A stretch of 64,000 bases of DNA from NCBI GenBank assembly GCA_951406725.2, contig OX597823.1, forward strand, positions 69,440,001-69,504,000, given 5' to 3'. The position numbers and the translations under genes are program-made. This DNA is from Octopus vulgaris. Its lineage: Eukaryota. Shown one piece after another: positions 1 through 13,871 of this stretch. The notes under the pieces were generated by a model. It worked only from the letters and a program-made list of their open reading frames with translations, was not told where the DNA came from and did no database searches. How positions within the stretch are numbered: position 1 is the first letter of the stretch; each line of letters starts with the position of its first letter.

Positions 1-1396
1 CAGCACTGCATACGAAACACATCTTTTTACTGCAACATTGTTCTTTCTGCCGTTATACGTATAATGTACGTCGGAGCTTCTTCTTCATATTCTTCTCTTC
101 CTCCTCCTCTTCCCCATTCCCTTCCTCCTTCTCTGTCTCCTTCACCTGAAGCTTCAGACCAACCCTACTTAAGCTGGGCTATGACAAAAGGCATTCGAGG
201 TATGACCAGCATATTCCTTATTTTTCCATATATGTATCTAAGATATTATTCGATTACGTTCTGCTCTTCCAGTTTTTTTCTACAAGGTAGGGTAGACGCT
301 CTTTCGTTAGTTCATTTGGTAGCCATTTTATCTAAGGGGTAATGACATGTCTATCTTTTAGTGTATTTTATATGAGCGAACAACAACTAATATAACAATC
401 GGGCCTTTGTACAGTCACCCCATTTGGCGTTTATATCAAGGCCAACTCTGTTTGAGCACAACTTTAATCAACGACTTTCCATATTAACAATAACCATCCA
501 AACTTTACTCACTCATAGTACACCCTGAATCCTATTGTCCAATGTCTATGAGTAAAAGCAGGTGGCCTTGTAGTTAGGCTGTTTGGACTCAGGATCATAA
601 ATACGTGGGTTAAATTACTAGAGCGGATGACACGATGGGGTCTTTTCTGTTCTTGTCACAGTTTTTTAAATTTTTGAATTAAGTAAAAATTTTCAAATTT
701 GGTATATCGATGTAATTTTTCACGCTGAATCTGATTTTGTTGTTCACTTGTTCCAGAAAACTTGAAGAAAAATGTTATAAAGATTTACAGTTTGGTATTT
801 TTATCTAATCGGAAAATAGTGTTTGGAAGCTGGCATTTTCTACATGATAGCTATCACAAAATGAAAGCAAGACATTAAAACGACGATGCTTTATTAAACA
901 TAATGAAAGCAAATCATAACGACAATGAAAGACGTAAGAAGTTTTGAAGTTCAAATAAGTTTTAATGATTAATATCATGTGAAACGGTTCGAACAGTCAA
1001 GTAAATAATTTAAGAAAGAAAAAATCCTCGTTAAAAAGACACAGTAATGTAAAACAATGTTAAACAGATACAGTAATGTAAAACAAGCGGTCGAACAGGC
1101 ATGTAAACAATTTAAAAAGGAAAAATCCTCAATCAATTTTTTAAAAAATAAATCTTACAAAAAAAAAAAAAAAATTTGTACGTTATAGTATTGTAATAGT
1201 TCAGTTCATGCAAACAAATAATACATTTTTATAGCGAAAATCAGAAATACGAAAGTTCAGAATATAGGTATTCGTCAAAGAAAATAGGTCAACAAGTAGT
1301 GGTTGTAGCAGATTTAAACAGACGACATCTTGGATCGTTACTATAGAAACCAGCACCGATATGTCTGTGGCTTTCCATTAGCTAAAATTACTCAAA

Positions 1397-1602
1397 GGTG
1401 GTGAGATGACAGAACCGTTACCGCACGAGGCAAAATGCTTAGCGGCATCTGCCTTTACGTTCTGAGTTCAAATACCTCCGAGGCAGAATCTACCGTTTTA
1501 TCCTTACGGGGTCTATAACATAAGTACCAGATGAGTACTGGTGTCGATGAAATCGACTTACCAATTTCCCTGAAATTGCTAACCTAGTGCCAAAACTTGC
1601 AA
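1397..1602 (+). mobile_element. tRNA-derived SINE, family A (diverged)
   Basis: TTACGTTCTGAGTTCAAAT B-box region and TCCTT.CGGGGTC.ATAA..TAAGTACCAG central domain shared with the other copies. Confidence 0.75.
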
Positions 1603-1967
1603 GGTTTAAAAGCTATAACTTATTATTTATTAATTTATAGCAATAATGAATTTCATTTTCCTAATTAGCATGCAAAAGTATACCATTACACCAAATTTGA
1701 AAACAACTGGAACAAAAGTTTTTTTTTAACTAGAAAACTGCGATAGCAACAGGAAAGATACGCGCGATGTACACTTGAGGAAGGCAATTCGTGTCACGAT
1801 ACCCAAGTACACTGAGTTGTAATGAGCACTATCTAGGTGCTGGTACAGGCTCTCTTCTCCTCTTACTGTCACATCCATATCGTTGAGTGAGTTAAAAATC
1901 AGAGTACTGCGTGGATATTGATTAGTTGTACTTCAATAATGTAAGGTATGATTTGAAAGAAACTTAC

Positions 1968-2060
1968 CTGCCACTTCTTGCATGAAGAAAGACTACACAG
2001 TGGCTTCTTCATTGGCTTTCTCGACTTTGTAGTTTCTATAGGTGACGTGGCTAGCTGCAT
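1968..2060 (-). CDS. Possible host-gene coding exon (MQLATSPIETTKSRKPMKKPLCSLSSCKKWQ), product unknown
   Basis: ATG at 2060, 31 open codons, then a consensus phase-0 donor CAG|GTAAGTTT at 1968/1967. Non-repetitive sequence. No recognisable homology. Confidence 0.3.
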
Positions 2061-5000
2061 ACCAACACAATACCTCACTGTGATAGAGGAATTTGATATC
2101 TTGAACACCAACCAACCATCCGTACAAATGTAAAACATCGAGAATATATAGGTGCCAGTGAAAAAAATTTAATTTAAAAGAAATTAATTATTGCTTTGTT
2201 CTGACAACCGATTGCACTTGTCAGTGATTACTATAAAACTACTTTGTAAAAAATAGCGTAGTTATGAAATTTAATTATACGACTAACACGTATAATTAAA
2301 AGGTCTAAATGTCTAAGATGAACTGCTATTAATAAGAATATAATTTTTCAGTCTATAATTTTAAAATAACTTTTCTACAGAATGCGGTTGACCTCGTCTT
2401 TAGAGATGACATTTTAAAGAAATTATCCCTCTCTCTCTCTCTCTCACTCTCACTGTGGGTGTGTGAGAGAGAGTCTATTCAATCAAAATCTCAAGGTACG
2501 CCTACAATATGCAAGATGCTGGTTGTGAAACGTTCAAATCAGAGACAAAGATCGAGAAATGAACGTTGGCGACAAGTTGTTATTGTTCTACTCTCATTAC
2601 GCACATATGCAGATAAAATGACAAGGATAACTAAATCCAAGAAAATATAAAGGAAAAACTTTTTCCAAATTTCCACATTGTTTTCATAAATGATCATCAG
2701 ATAATTTGTACTAAACGTGTCTTCTTCTTATTTCCAGACGAATAATAAAATTTATTAGCCCACTATAACATTAAGGAATAAAGTATCTTTTTTCCAGTAG
2801 ATGGAACGTATTAAGATATACAATAAATGCAAATAGGAAAACGAAAGCTACAAATTTCATTTTGAATGATAGATTAATAAACAGAAATAATATAATCTTA
2901 ACGTTTTTTTTTTACGTGCGCTACTAGTAATAATAATTCGTATTTGATGGTCATGGGCTTAAATTTCCTATATATATTTTACGGATAATCGGTTGAGTTG
3001 TTCAGATTTGAGGATACTGCCCAGTGTCAATGGTGTGGTACGAACTTCTGACACTTTGGTTGATTGTTCGGTATTGTCCCTACTCAGTCAGCTGCTTCTT
3101 GTCGAAGATCAAGAAGATTGTGAATTCAGGACGGATTTAGTTGGTATATATGGTAAAAGCCGAAAGAAATATATGTCATAGTAATTATCTTTCTCATATG
3201 CTACGCATTTAAATCTTCCGGAAATGGATTCTACGCTTACGGGCTCCGTCAGGATCGATAAACATGTGTGTGTGTGAGTGTGTGAGAGAGAGAGAGAAGA
3301 TCACTGACTAGTGAGTCTGTTGAACCGAGGCCAAAACGGTCTTTTGATAGTCACTTGAAAGAACTAATTTCAGTTGACTATATTAGAAATACCTTTCCCC
3401 TATTTGAATGAATTTGCAATTGAAAGGAAGTAGTCACGAATATATTGGAGATTTTTCCAATGTAATCTATCTCTGAATAAAAATTAACCTTGTGTGCAGT
3501 CAAAGAAAATATTTCTTAATTTAAAATCAGTGCATTAGGCAGGGATGCATGAGTGCTACGCTGAGATATTTAGATTTGTATTTCTTCGTATATTGGATAT
3601 ATTGTAAAATATATTAATCCAAATGTTAAATATTTCCATCTCACTCTCACCCAGTTTCCTATCTCCCCTTATTTCCTATCTATCTATTTATCAATTTATC
3701 TCTTTTTCTCACGCACACACAACCACATATAAATGCCTATTTAACTGATATATGCATTCGCATAAGGACTGCAAGAAATGAAGTTCGCCTTGCAATAGTA
3801 CGACGCCATATTTGACGAAGCTGTTGTAAGCAGATCAACCCAGTAAACATCTTTTTAAAACGAATGAACCAAGCCCAGCGAGCTGTTTTCAAAATATTAT
3901 GATGAAATACATAAACATCAAAAACGAAGAAGGTCAGTATAAACAGATGTTAACCAGATATAGATAATTAGGAGGAAAAGCAATGCAACGATAAATATGG
4001 GTTCAGAACGTTCCTCTGTTAGGATAAAATATTCTAAAGAAATCAGAATTCAAACTAAAATTATTCTTCGCTAATATTTGCTGAAAGTGTTTCGATTCCA
4101 CCGATTCTTGTTCATTGTTGATACTCATTTTCTATCATTGCCAGATAGATAAATGGTTTAAATAGTTCGCGCTAAGATTTGAAATCGAAAACTGAAGGAA
4201 ACAATCAGTAAACGGAATGGGAAATCATTTAAAAGAAAAGAAATAAGGGCAGTGCCAGGTATTTGTTTCAAAATGTAAATTAATAATAGAAAAATCTGAG
4301 ATATTATCGAAACCGTCACAATATTTAAAACCGTAATCTATGAAAGTCAGCTTAATATTGCATTTTGGAAAGAAAATAATATTGAAAGTATTTAGAGAAT
4401 AACATCGAGACAGAAGTCAAAAGTAAATAAATCTACAAATATACAAGTGTATTGATGAAATAGTCAACTTAAGGTATTTGTTTTATTAGATTTTTGTAAT
4501 GTAATTCAAATGCTTCTTTTAAAAGCTTAGAGACAGGATTCCTGATAAATGTAACCCTGTAGCGATATAGAGAAAAAAGAACAAACAAGTTTTACCTTAA
4601 AGAACGAGCATTACAAACAATATTTTATGAAAATGTTATTTGTGAATATTGGATTGCAGTCGTAAAAAAGGATTAAAACGGCAATATGAAGTTGGATATA
4701 TGGCATATATCCACAGTTTGTTTCCTTTCTTGTGATTATTGCCATATTTTATTATTAGTATGGTAAATATAATTGCATTGCAGACAATGTTGCAGTGAAT
4801 TGAGTCAGTAAACCAAAATTTAAATTTGAATGCAGACATTTCTAGAAAGCTACAAAGAAAGGAATCGCAAGAGTTCGATCAATAATTAGGTTAATACACA
4901 TTTAGTCGTTATATATTGAACCAAGGGACTACTAGATGATACAGCTTGTCGCAATCGGCAGTCATAACAATGTAACACGCTACGACGGAACTACCGCGTG

Positions 5001-5094
5001 GGTACTCAACCTGCTAGAAACAAAAGCCAAATATCCATCAGCTCACACCCTACATTCTTGTAAAAGGAGTACATCTTTTTTCTTTATTGACCAC

Positions 5095-5490
5095 AGGGGT
5101 CTAAACATAGAGGAGGCAAATAAGAACAGACAAACGGATTAAATCAATTACATTGACTCCAGTGTGAAACTGGTACATTTAATCGATCCCAAAAGGATGA
5201 AAGGCAAAGTTGACCTCGGCAGAATTTGAACTCAGAATGTAACGGCAGATGAAATACCTATTTCTTTACTACACACAAGGGGCCAAACAGAGAGAAGACA
5301 AACAAGGACAGACAAACGGATTATGTCGATTATATCGACCCCAGTGCGTAAGTGGTACTTATTTAATCGACCCCGAAAGGATGAAAGGCAAAGTCGACCT
5401 CGGTGGAATTTGAACTCAGAACGTAACGGCAGACGAAATACTGCTAAGCATTTCACCCGGCGTGCTAGCGTTTCTGCCAGCTCGCCACCC
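5095..5490 (-). mobile_element. Two tandem SINE family A copies (one partial, one near complete)
   Basis: Duplicated AAAGGATGAAAGGCAAAGT.GACCTCGG..GAATTTGAACTCAGAA.GTAACGGCAGA.GAAATAC. Head GGTGGCGAGCTGGCAGAAACG on the minus strand. Confidence 0.85.
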
Positions 5491-6136
5491 TAAAAAGGAG
5501 TACGTATTGAGCAAGCGAATCATAGATACATAATGCTCGAGAAAAGAGCTGAGTGGACATCGATGTAACGCTTTTGTCATAGTCAGGGGTGACCTGAAGC
5601 GACACAACAGCAGCAGAACAACAACACTGTAGAACTGATGGAGTTTTTTTTTTGTTTGTTTCTAAAGCTGAGTTCGGATTCAAAGAGTTTAGCATGGAAA
5701 TAGGACTTTGATATTTTAGCTGAATTACAAACTCTTTGAGAAAAATACGTGAGTTAACATTTGAATAAATAGTATTTTTTTATGGTTAATCATGAATTTA
5801 ATAAGGTAGGCTGGAGAAAAATTCCATTCCAGTGTGAGGCTGAGGGGAATGCCACACTGCTGCTAAAAGCTATGACACACACGCAAGCATACACACATAT
5901 ACACAAATACATACACACACATACACAAACACGCAAACACACACACACAAACAAGGATACAAACGCATGCGCACATAAGGATACACAGAATGGAGTAAGT
6001 GGAGCAAGAACACACGGAAACGAAAAGTGTCAGTGAAGAGGTCACAGATGTGTGGAGAAAGATTTCCAGACAATGGACATAAAATAAGAACAGTAATAAA
6101 CGAGTGAAGAAATATATATATATGTGTGTATATATG

Positions 6137-6189
<53 letters not shown>

Positions 6190-7829
6190 GTATATATATG
6201 TATATATAGTGCATGTGTTTAATCGGCAAAAACATAATTAAATTAAATGACCAGCCAGAAATACAACAATATCCATTCCGAGTATATTTGATAAATGACA
6301 TTTTAAGCTAGATATACGAGAGCAGAGATAACCGAGTCAAGACAGCTAGAAGAAATACCAAAAGTTCTTGACTGTCACTGGTATTGAATTGTATCTCTAG
6401 ATAAGAAAAATATTTAAAACAGAAATACTGCTCAATTATTTCTAAGGGCGTATAGTAAAGGACACAATCTACTGTTAAAGGCGTAAGCGCACAGTGGGAT
6501 TGAAAGATTCTTTATTTTGTAACAGTGTAGTTCAAATCATCGAGCGAGAAAATTAACCAGCAATATACCATCATTTTCAAACTGTAGATTTATTTATCTT
6601 TCATTCCATTTACGCATCGAAGAACTAGAAATGTGCACACATCGTACAAATGCTTATGACTCACAATAAGAATAGTCATGAGGTGTAAGCAAACCTCAGG
6701 CACTTAGAATTAAAATTTCTGTTAAAAGATTGGTGTCTTCTGCAATTATAAACATAGGAAGCAACGGAGCTTATAGCGCTACAAATCCTGTACGATAATA
6801 TTTGACTTTCCGTATAAATATTTTCTTCACTGTTTTTAACACGATAATATCAGAACGGCAAAAGCTTAGTTTACATTTGAAATATACTATAAAATTCATG
6901 AGAGAAATGGTTTTGTTCCAGAAGTTACAGATTAACAAAGGTTGAGATTCAATTCATGCTTATATACACTTGTTACACACACACACACACACACATTTCA
7001 GATAGACACAAACCATATTCAGACATTATCGAATTGCGTGTGCGTGTATGTCTGTCTATGTATGTAATTATGCATTTAAGTATGAATACTCGTGTCTCGT
7101 TTGTAGTTAATATGATTACAAGCTAACTGCATTGCCATGAATTATATGGCTAATTTTATGTCCCATCAGCAGGTTACGAATAGAGAAAGGAAACCAGTAG
7201 ACACTAAAGAACCTAATGACGTGTTAAAGAATTTTATGATTTTATACGATAAAACGAAACTTAAATTTGCATACCAGTTTTGAGAAGACGTGATATAAGC
7301 TTGTTCTTCATTTAATATAATACTTCGGCCCAATAAGTAGACCTGAATTATTCGGCCAGCTGTATCTTATTAAATCTATGATACATATTTGAGGTTTAAT
7401 ACAAACTCCTACATCCTCTGTTGTAAGCATTTGATTCATGTCTTCCAACTGGTGTTAGTTTCTCCTTTATTTTTCTATCAGTTTCTGAAAAAGCTCATGT
7501 CTGCGGTCTTTCCTTCTCTGAATAAGCCATAACCTCCCTCTTTCATCTCTCTATCTCTGTCGTCCGATGAAACATATTATAAAAGTTTGATTGCTGCGAA
7601 TTTAAGATTCGTATGATAAATGTATAATGTCCGTAGTTAGTTAATCTCAACAAGTCTGTAGAGGAAATGAAAAAGTGTAATGTTACAATGTAGGCAAAAC
7701 ACTGCAATTCTTTGTAGTAAAAACAAAGTTGTTGAAAACGTTTTGATTATACCGCTTTATATATACATACATATATATATGTGTGTGTATGTATGTATGT
7801 ATGTAGTTCAATATGTGACCGCGTGTGTG

Positions 7830-8010
7830 CCGTTGGCGATTTATACTTTCTCCGTCATCCCTTCCTTGGACCGTTCTTTTTTCTCTGTTTCTGATGAAGA
7901 GCTCCGCTCGAAACATTAAATCCTCCTTCTTTCTGAGCGTCCAATAACACTATACTTGTTCCACGTCCTCGCGTTGTTGCGTTTTCTCTTTGTTCATATT
8001 TGGATTAACT
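7830..8010 (+). mobile_element. Probable solo PLE pLTR remnant with hammerhead-like motif (7887-7921), ending in (TA)n
   Basis: GTTT-CTGATGA-A-GAGC(tcc)GCTC-GAAA-CATT-AAAT, followed about 90 nt later by (TA)n. Boundaries approximate. Confidence 0.5.
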
Positions 8011-8069
8011 ATATATATATATATATATGAGTGTGTGGATGTATTTTAATTTTTACTTATCTCATTCAC

Positions 8070-8440
8070 TAGACTGTGGCCATGCTGGAGCGCCGCCTTG
8101 AAAATCTCAGTCGAAGGAAACCTCCCATGCTTAACTTTGTCAAGCATGGTATTTATCATATCGGACTCTTTTGTCGAACCGCTAAATTACGGGATGTAAA
8201 CACACCAGGACAGTTTGTCAAGCGGTGGCGCGACAAACACAGACGCGATCGCACACACGCATACATACATATATAGAAAGGACGGGATTCTTGCAGTTAT
8301 ATTCTACTATACCCACTCGCAAGATTTTGATCTGCCTAAGGCTATAGTAGATGACACTTGCCCGAGGTGACACGCAGTGGGATTGAACCTGAAATCATGT
8401 AGTTGGGAAGCAAGCTTCTCACCACACAGCCACATGCCTA
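8070..8440 (-). mobile_element. tRNA-derived SINE, family C
   Basis: Minus strand TAGGCATGTGGCTGTGTGGTGAGAAGC..GGTTCAATCCCACTGCGTG..GGGCAAGTGTCATCTACTATAGCC. Related to 19097-19240. Confidence 0.75.
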
Positions 8441-9679
8441 ATGTATTCCTGAATCTCAGAATCTGTTAAGTTTGGAATTGTCTGTAGCTTTAACTGGACC
8501 ATTTCACCTATAGCAAACATTTAATGTCAACGAAATGTATATTTGGATCAACGACTCAAGAATTTATTGTCGTCTTGTCGACCTAAGATTACACTATGAT
8601 TTCCACAACTCGTGACTGTATCGCTACTTCCAGATGTGCTGTGCTGCATTGAGGCTACTAGACAATGTTGGGACTTTCGGGGCCCACCATCTAAGAGGCT
8701 GTTTCCTCTCCTGTCATTCAGGCAGTTGCCACTCCAAGCTTCTATTGAACGTATCACAGGACTGCCGAGATGTAGTTTTTAGCAGAGGTGAGGAGATGAT
8801 TAGTGCATGTTCAGAGAAAGAAAGTAGTGTCCAGTAAGATTTTTCGCTAGAAAGAGAGAGCTCTAAGAACGTCTACCATGCAACAACTGTTTTTTTAACT
8901 ACTCACTGAGGATTTGGTCCTTACTCTCATTTCTGTTTTGTTTTGCTTTGTTTTTACATAGTTATCAATTGTTCTATGATGAAGCATCATACTTGCCGAC
9001 GGTCTGAACTGATCTGCACCAAAAACCAAGTCTCTTCCGATGAATTTGCGTTACACTCACTATACTTGGTGTGTAAGAGAAGACAGAATGTCATCAGCGT
9101 CTGCTTCTACTTCCCACATCTTGGCCGTTTTGACATCTGGTGTATTACACCTGATTTCTATGCCCTTCGACTCTCTCATCATCATCACCGTTCGCACCTT
9201 CCTTAGTTTATAAATTTCGACTAATCACACCAGTGGTAACTGCAATGAGCCTCTTTTACGATAGGGAGATGAACTGTTCAATATTCGATGTAGGACTAGC
9301 CACTTCCTAATGAACACATTACATTATTGTTCAATGATTTGAACTCATGACAGTGCTACCTCATATATCAAAAGTGCCCACGAATGTCGCGCATACAAGC
9401 CGAACTGCAAGTACCAAATTTTATATTTAGCTGGTAGCTTTGAGTTATCAATTGCTGTTAATCCAACCTCGGCTTGTTTCATAATTTGTATCTCCGCTTT
9501 GTTTATTCTTCTGCATTGCCATTTCCGATACTACCTGTAGAAGAGATCATATCAGAGTACAACTTAATGTTGATTCTTATTTTACTGAAATTGATGCATT
9601 GCTCTGTCTGTCTGTCTGTCTTTGTGTGTGTCTCTCTGTGTCTCTCTCTCTCTCTTTCCCACACTTACACTTAAACACA

Positions 9680-9725
<46 letters not shown>

Positions 9726-9761
9726 CATACTTAAGGTTACCTCTACATACATCATACGTGC

Positions 9762-9804
<43 letters not shown>

Positions 9805-10129
9805 ACCACGTACATATTGGCATACATTTGTCTTTGTCAATAATTGTGCGTGTTTGATCTCAGGCTAATTATCGTTTGATTTTCAGATTCCTCACTGTCC
9901 ATAAAAAATATTATCAAATTCACCTTTGAAGTTCTCTCGGAAAATAACTCAACTAAATCGATTTGAAAAAAAGCACAGAAATACGAAAATATCAAAATAA
10001 TATGAGTTAATTTTCCTGTAATAATTACCTGTTTCATTTACTACAATGTTTGAATCTGTGTCAGATAAAAAGAAATATATGTACATGCAAACATATATAT
10101 GCATAGATATATGTATGTATGTATGTATG

Positions 10130-10168
<39 letters not shown>

Positions 10169-10176
10169 AGTAAAGG

Positions 10177-10211
<35 letters not shown>

Positions 10212-11094
10212 TATACATTGATAAAAACATACGTGCATGCACGCACACATATATATATATACATACTCAAATACATACTTTAAAACATGCGTAAACAACT
10301 GTTAATTTCTATTTTACTAGAAAAATCGAAAATATCTGAGTATTTTTTGTTTTCCACCGGAGACGTCTTGAACGTTCCAACCCTTCTCAAAAAATAAATT
10401 AGAATAAATAATGAAAAAAAAAAAACAGCCGTAGCAACAACAGAAACAGAAACAGGCTCGGTATTGAGTATTCAATCCTCTGCTCCCTCCCCAAAGAAGA
10501 ACTAAATAAAATTTTAATTTGCTTATCTTGTCCCCATCACTCTCTCTCTCTCTTTATCTATCTATCTGTCTGTCTAGCAGTCTATCACTTTATCTATTTA
10601 TTTATCTATTTTCCTTTCTCTTCCACTGTCACCAGCCAAGATGAAAATTGTTTGCTAACCGATGTTTTTTCTCTGAACAAAATATGATGTTGAAGCTACT
10701 GCCTACATACAATGCCACTAATTAAACAATGCCGTTAATCTAGCTTACACACAATTAGTTTACACAATTTGATACCTAAAAATTTGACTGGAACATTTAC
10801 CTTCTATCTTTTGTACAACGAGGGCTGACCTTGAGATAAATAACATTAACAACAGCAGCAGTGGTTGCAACAGAGAGTGACTACGCTGTCGTCCGACTTG
10901 CTCAGAACAACAGCAAAGTCATGCCTTATCGTATTCAAGTCAATGGATATTGGACATTAGAGAGACAGACATTTCAAAAGACGGTATCTATTGTATACCC
11001 TGTTCGTTCGACATAGACCAGCACTTTACGAAATGTGTGTATATGCAAACACACACACACACACACACACACATATTTATATATATATTGGTTT

Positions 11095-11297
11095 CCGATT
11101 TAGACACACGGAGAGCAAGTTCGGGTGAGGGTAAGCCTATACATCGACACCAGTGCTTAACTGGTAATTATTTCATTGACTCCGAAAGAATGAAAGGCGA
11201 AGTCAACCTCGATAGAACTTGAACTCAAAACGTAAAGACGGACGAAATGCTGCTAATCAGTTTTTCCTGACGTGCTAGCGATTCTGCCAACTCTACT
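11095..11297 (-). mobile_element. SINE family A
   Basis: Similar to 5330-5490. Confidence 0.75.
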
Positions 11298-11309
11298 AAC
11301 ATATATATA

Positions 11310-12506
11310 GCTACCATCAATAGTGACACACTTCTCCCCTCGATTTATGCAGCTGTGAAGACCTCGTCGACATGTTACATCTGCAATGAAGACTTTAACT
11401 CAGAAATAAGTTCATCATCACCCGAAAAGTGTTTCCCCTTTATGGTTGAAAAGAAGTAGAAGTCAGATGGTGTGAGGTCGGGAGAATAAGGGCGATGAGG
11501 AAGGATTTCTTAGCCACAAGACTGTGCTTTCATCTGGGCAACATGCGCATTGTGAACCGGGGCATTGTCGTGGAGGAGGTGGACTGCTTTGGTCAACATG
11601 CCACGCTTCTCTGCTGTGGTGGCATCCTTCAATTTCAGCAGCAGAGAAGCATAATATGCCCCGTTAATTATGATGCCCTTTTCCAGAAAATCATCACTAC
11701 TCCGCGCAGGTCCGAATCACCACTACACCGCGCAGGTCCCAAAAGACTGTGAGCATCACCTTGGGTTGGCCACAAACTTTCTTTGGAAGTGGTGAGTTAT
11801 CATGCTTCCTTTTCCTCGACTGGACGTTAGTCTCAAGATCATAGTGATGGATCCATGTTTGATCCTGTGTGATTAGTCTGCCGAAAAAGTCCCCCTTCGT
11901 TTTCTTGGTACATTGGCAAAGAACCTGGGAGCAATTGACTCGTTCCTGCTACTGAAAAGGTGTGAGCATCCAGAAAATCCATCGGGCAAACAACTTCTGC
12001 ATGTGCAAATGGTCGTGAATGATTTTCTCCACGGATCCTACATTTATCTTCACTTCTTGGGCTAGTTATCGGATAATTATGCAGCGATTCTTCAAAATAG
12101 CGGCTTCCACTTTATAGGTTGTTTCGACACCAATGACGGAATGTTGTCGTCTAGAAATAGGAGCAGTTTTCACCGATGTCCAACCACATTTGAACTGGCG
12201 TTGTCTGTGATTGACTACATCGTATTATGGTATGTTCGTCACCATAAACGTCTTTCATCTCATCGTAAAACTCTTTCGGGGTACGACATTTCAAGTATAA
12301 GAACCTGATCACCGATCTGCATTCAAATACCTCCATTATAAGACCTTATTTTTCTTCAGCAGCCGTAAAAGACAAATGAATGAGAGTGGAAAACTGCAAT
12401 ATACAATGTGACGTGTAGAGACATGTATGATTATACCTGTACAAGTTCCGTTTCCTGCAATAAACGGAAGTTGGTCAGGGGAAATCTTTAACAAACAACC
12501 CTCGTA
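11310..12506 (-). mobile_element. Decayed mariner (DD34D-type) transposon
   Basis: Minus strand MEVFECRSVIRFLYLK (HTH), ITQDQTWIHHYDLET, LLHDNAPVH, PHRPYSPDLTPSDFYFF. TACGAGGGTTGTTT terminus at 12506. Other end not clearly resolved. Confidence 0.88.
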
Positions 12507-12904
12507 TATATATATCATCTGTCCATGTTTTAATTGACGTAAAGATATATTAAATCATAATAAAACTTTCTCTGATAGAGTTCTCTGTAGCTACATAAAA
12601 GTTAAGGATATACTTGTTACTATTAAGAAAACTGACAGCAACTTTAAAGTTTTACCTGAAATACGGCTTCTTGAAACTGTTTGAATGTGTCGTATCTTTG
12701 CAAACTTGAACGTCATTGCCAATTAATTTTATAAAAAAAGTAAATGTAACTTGTACGTGCTTATGCTTGCATGCGTAAATCTCTCTATATATACACACAA
12801 CACGTATTTATATATACAAGTTGTTTGTGCATGTAAACACACACGTATATGCACATACATGTAAATTATACGCTTGTGTGCGTTTCTCTCTCTCTCCTTC
12901 CCCC

Positions 12905-12941
<37 letters not shown>

Positions 12942-13837
12942 AATATAAATATATATATATATGTATATATGTGTGTGTGTGTTTGTGCGTGTATGTGTGT
13001 ATTTATGTATATATATATGTATATATATATATGTATATATATATATAGGTGTTTCGTACATGTATGATATACATATGTTCACAAATAATGAAGATGTTTA
13101 TACACAATTTTGTGTATATAAAGACATAAATATACATATACATACATATGTGTGTGTGTGCGTCTATATTTGTGTGTGTGTATGTCTGTGCATGCATATA
13201 TTTATGTATGCATGTACGTATGTATGTGTACACAGAGATGGGAAAAGTGGGGGTAATGAAGCATACATGTATATATATATATACAATCAAACACAGGAGC
13301 ACACGTATTTACATGAAGAATTTTGAGATATATCCACTACCGCAACTACCACAAAATGTACCTTCAGGTTAACATCTAAATTTACATGCGTATACACTTA
13401 CATGAATAATGTAAATATACTAGCAGATATTCTCAAGAAGCGATATAATACGAAGCAATAATAAAGAATTCTTTAAAATGTCGTTTACACTTGGTTGGAA
13501 TAATCTGCACCAAATGTTTTCTTTTAAAGAACTAGTAATTTGCTTCAAGGAACCAAATACATTCATTCAACTAAACAATGTATCAAATATTCTACGGTTG
13601 TTAGCAACTAAAACAGAATACGTGTATGTGTGTGTGTGTGTGTGTGTAATTTATGGATATATGTAAATAATTGTGTATATTTTTCTATTTCACTAATGGC
13701 TATGTTTGTTTGTTTGTTTTTTCCTACTGCTTGCATATTTCTCTGTCTTACGTATCTCCGTCCCTGACTTTTTGTTTCTCTGACGTTCCTGTCACTATGT
13801 CTTTATCTATTTGTCTTTATGTATGTATGTATGTATG

Positions 13838-13871
<34 letters not shown>

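Noticed and set aside
64-342. 92-aa Pro/Ser-rich ORF
   Set aside because: It derives from a CT-rich low-complexity tract plus an old dispersed repeat.
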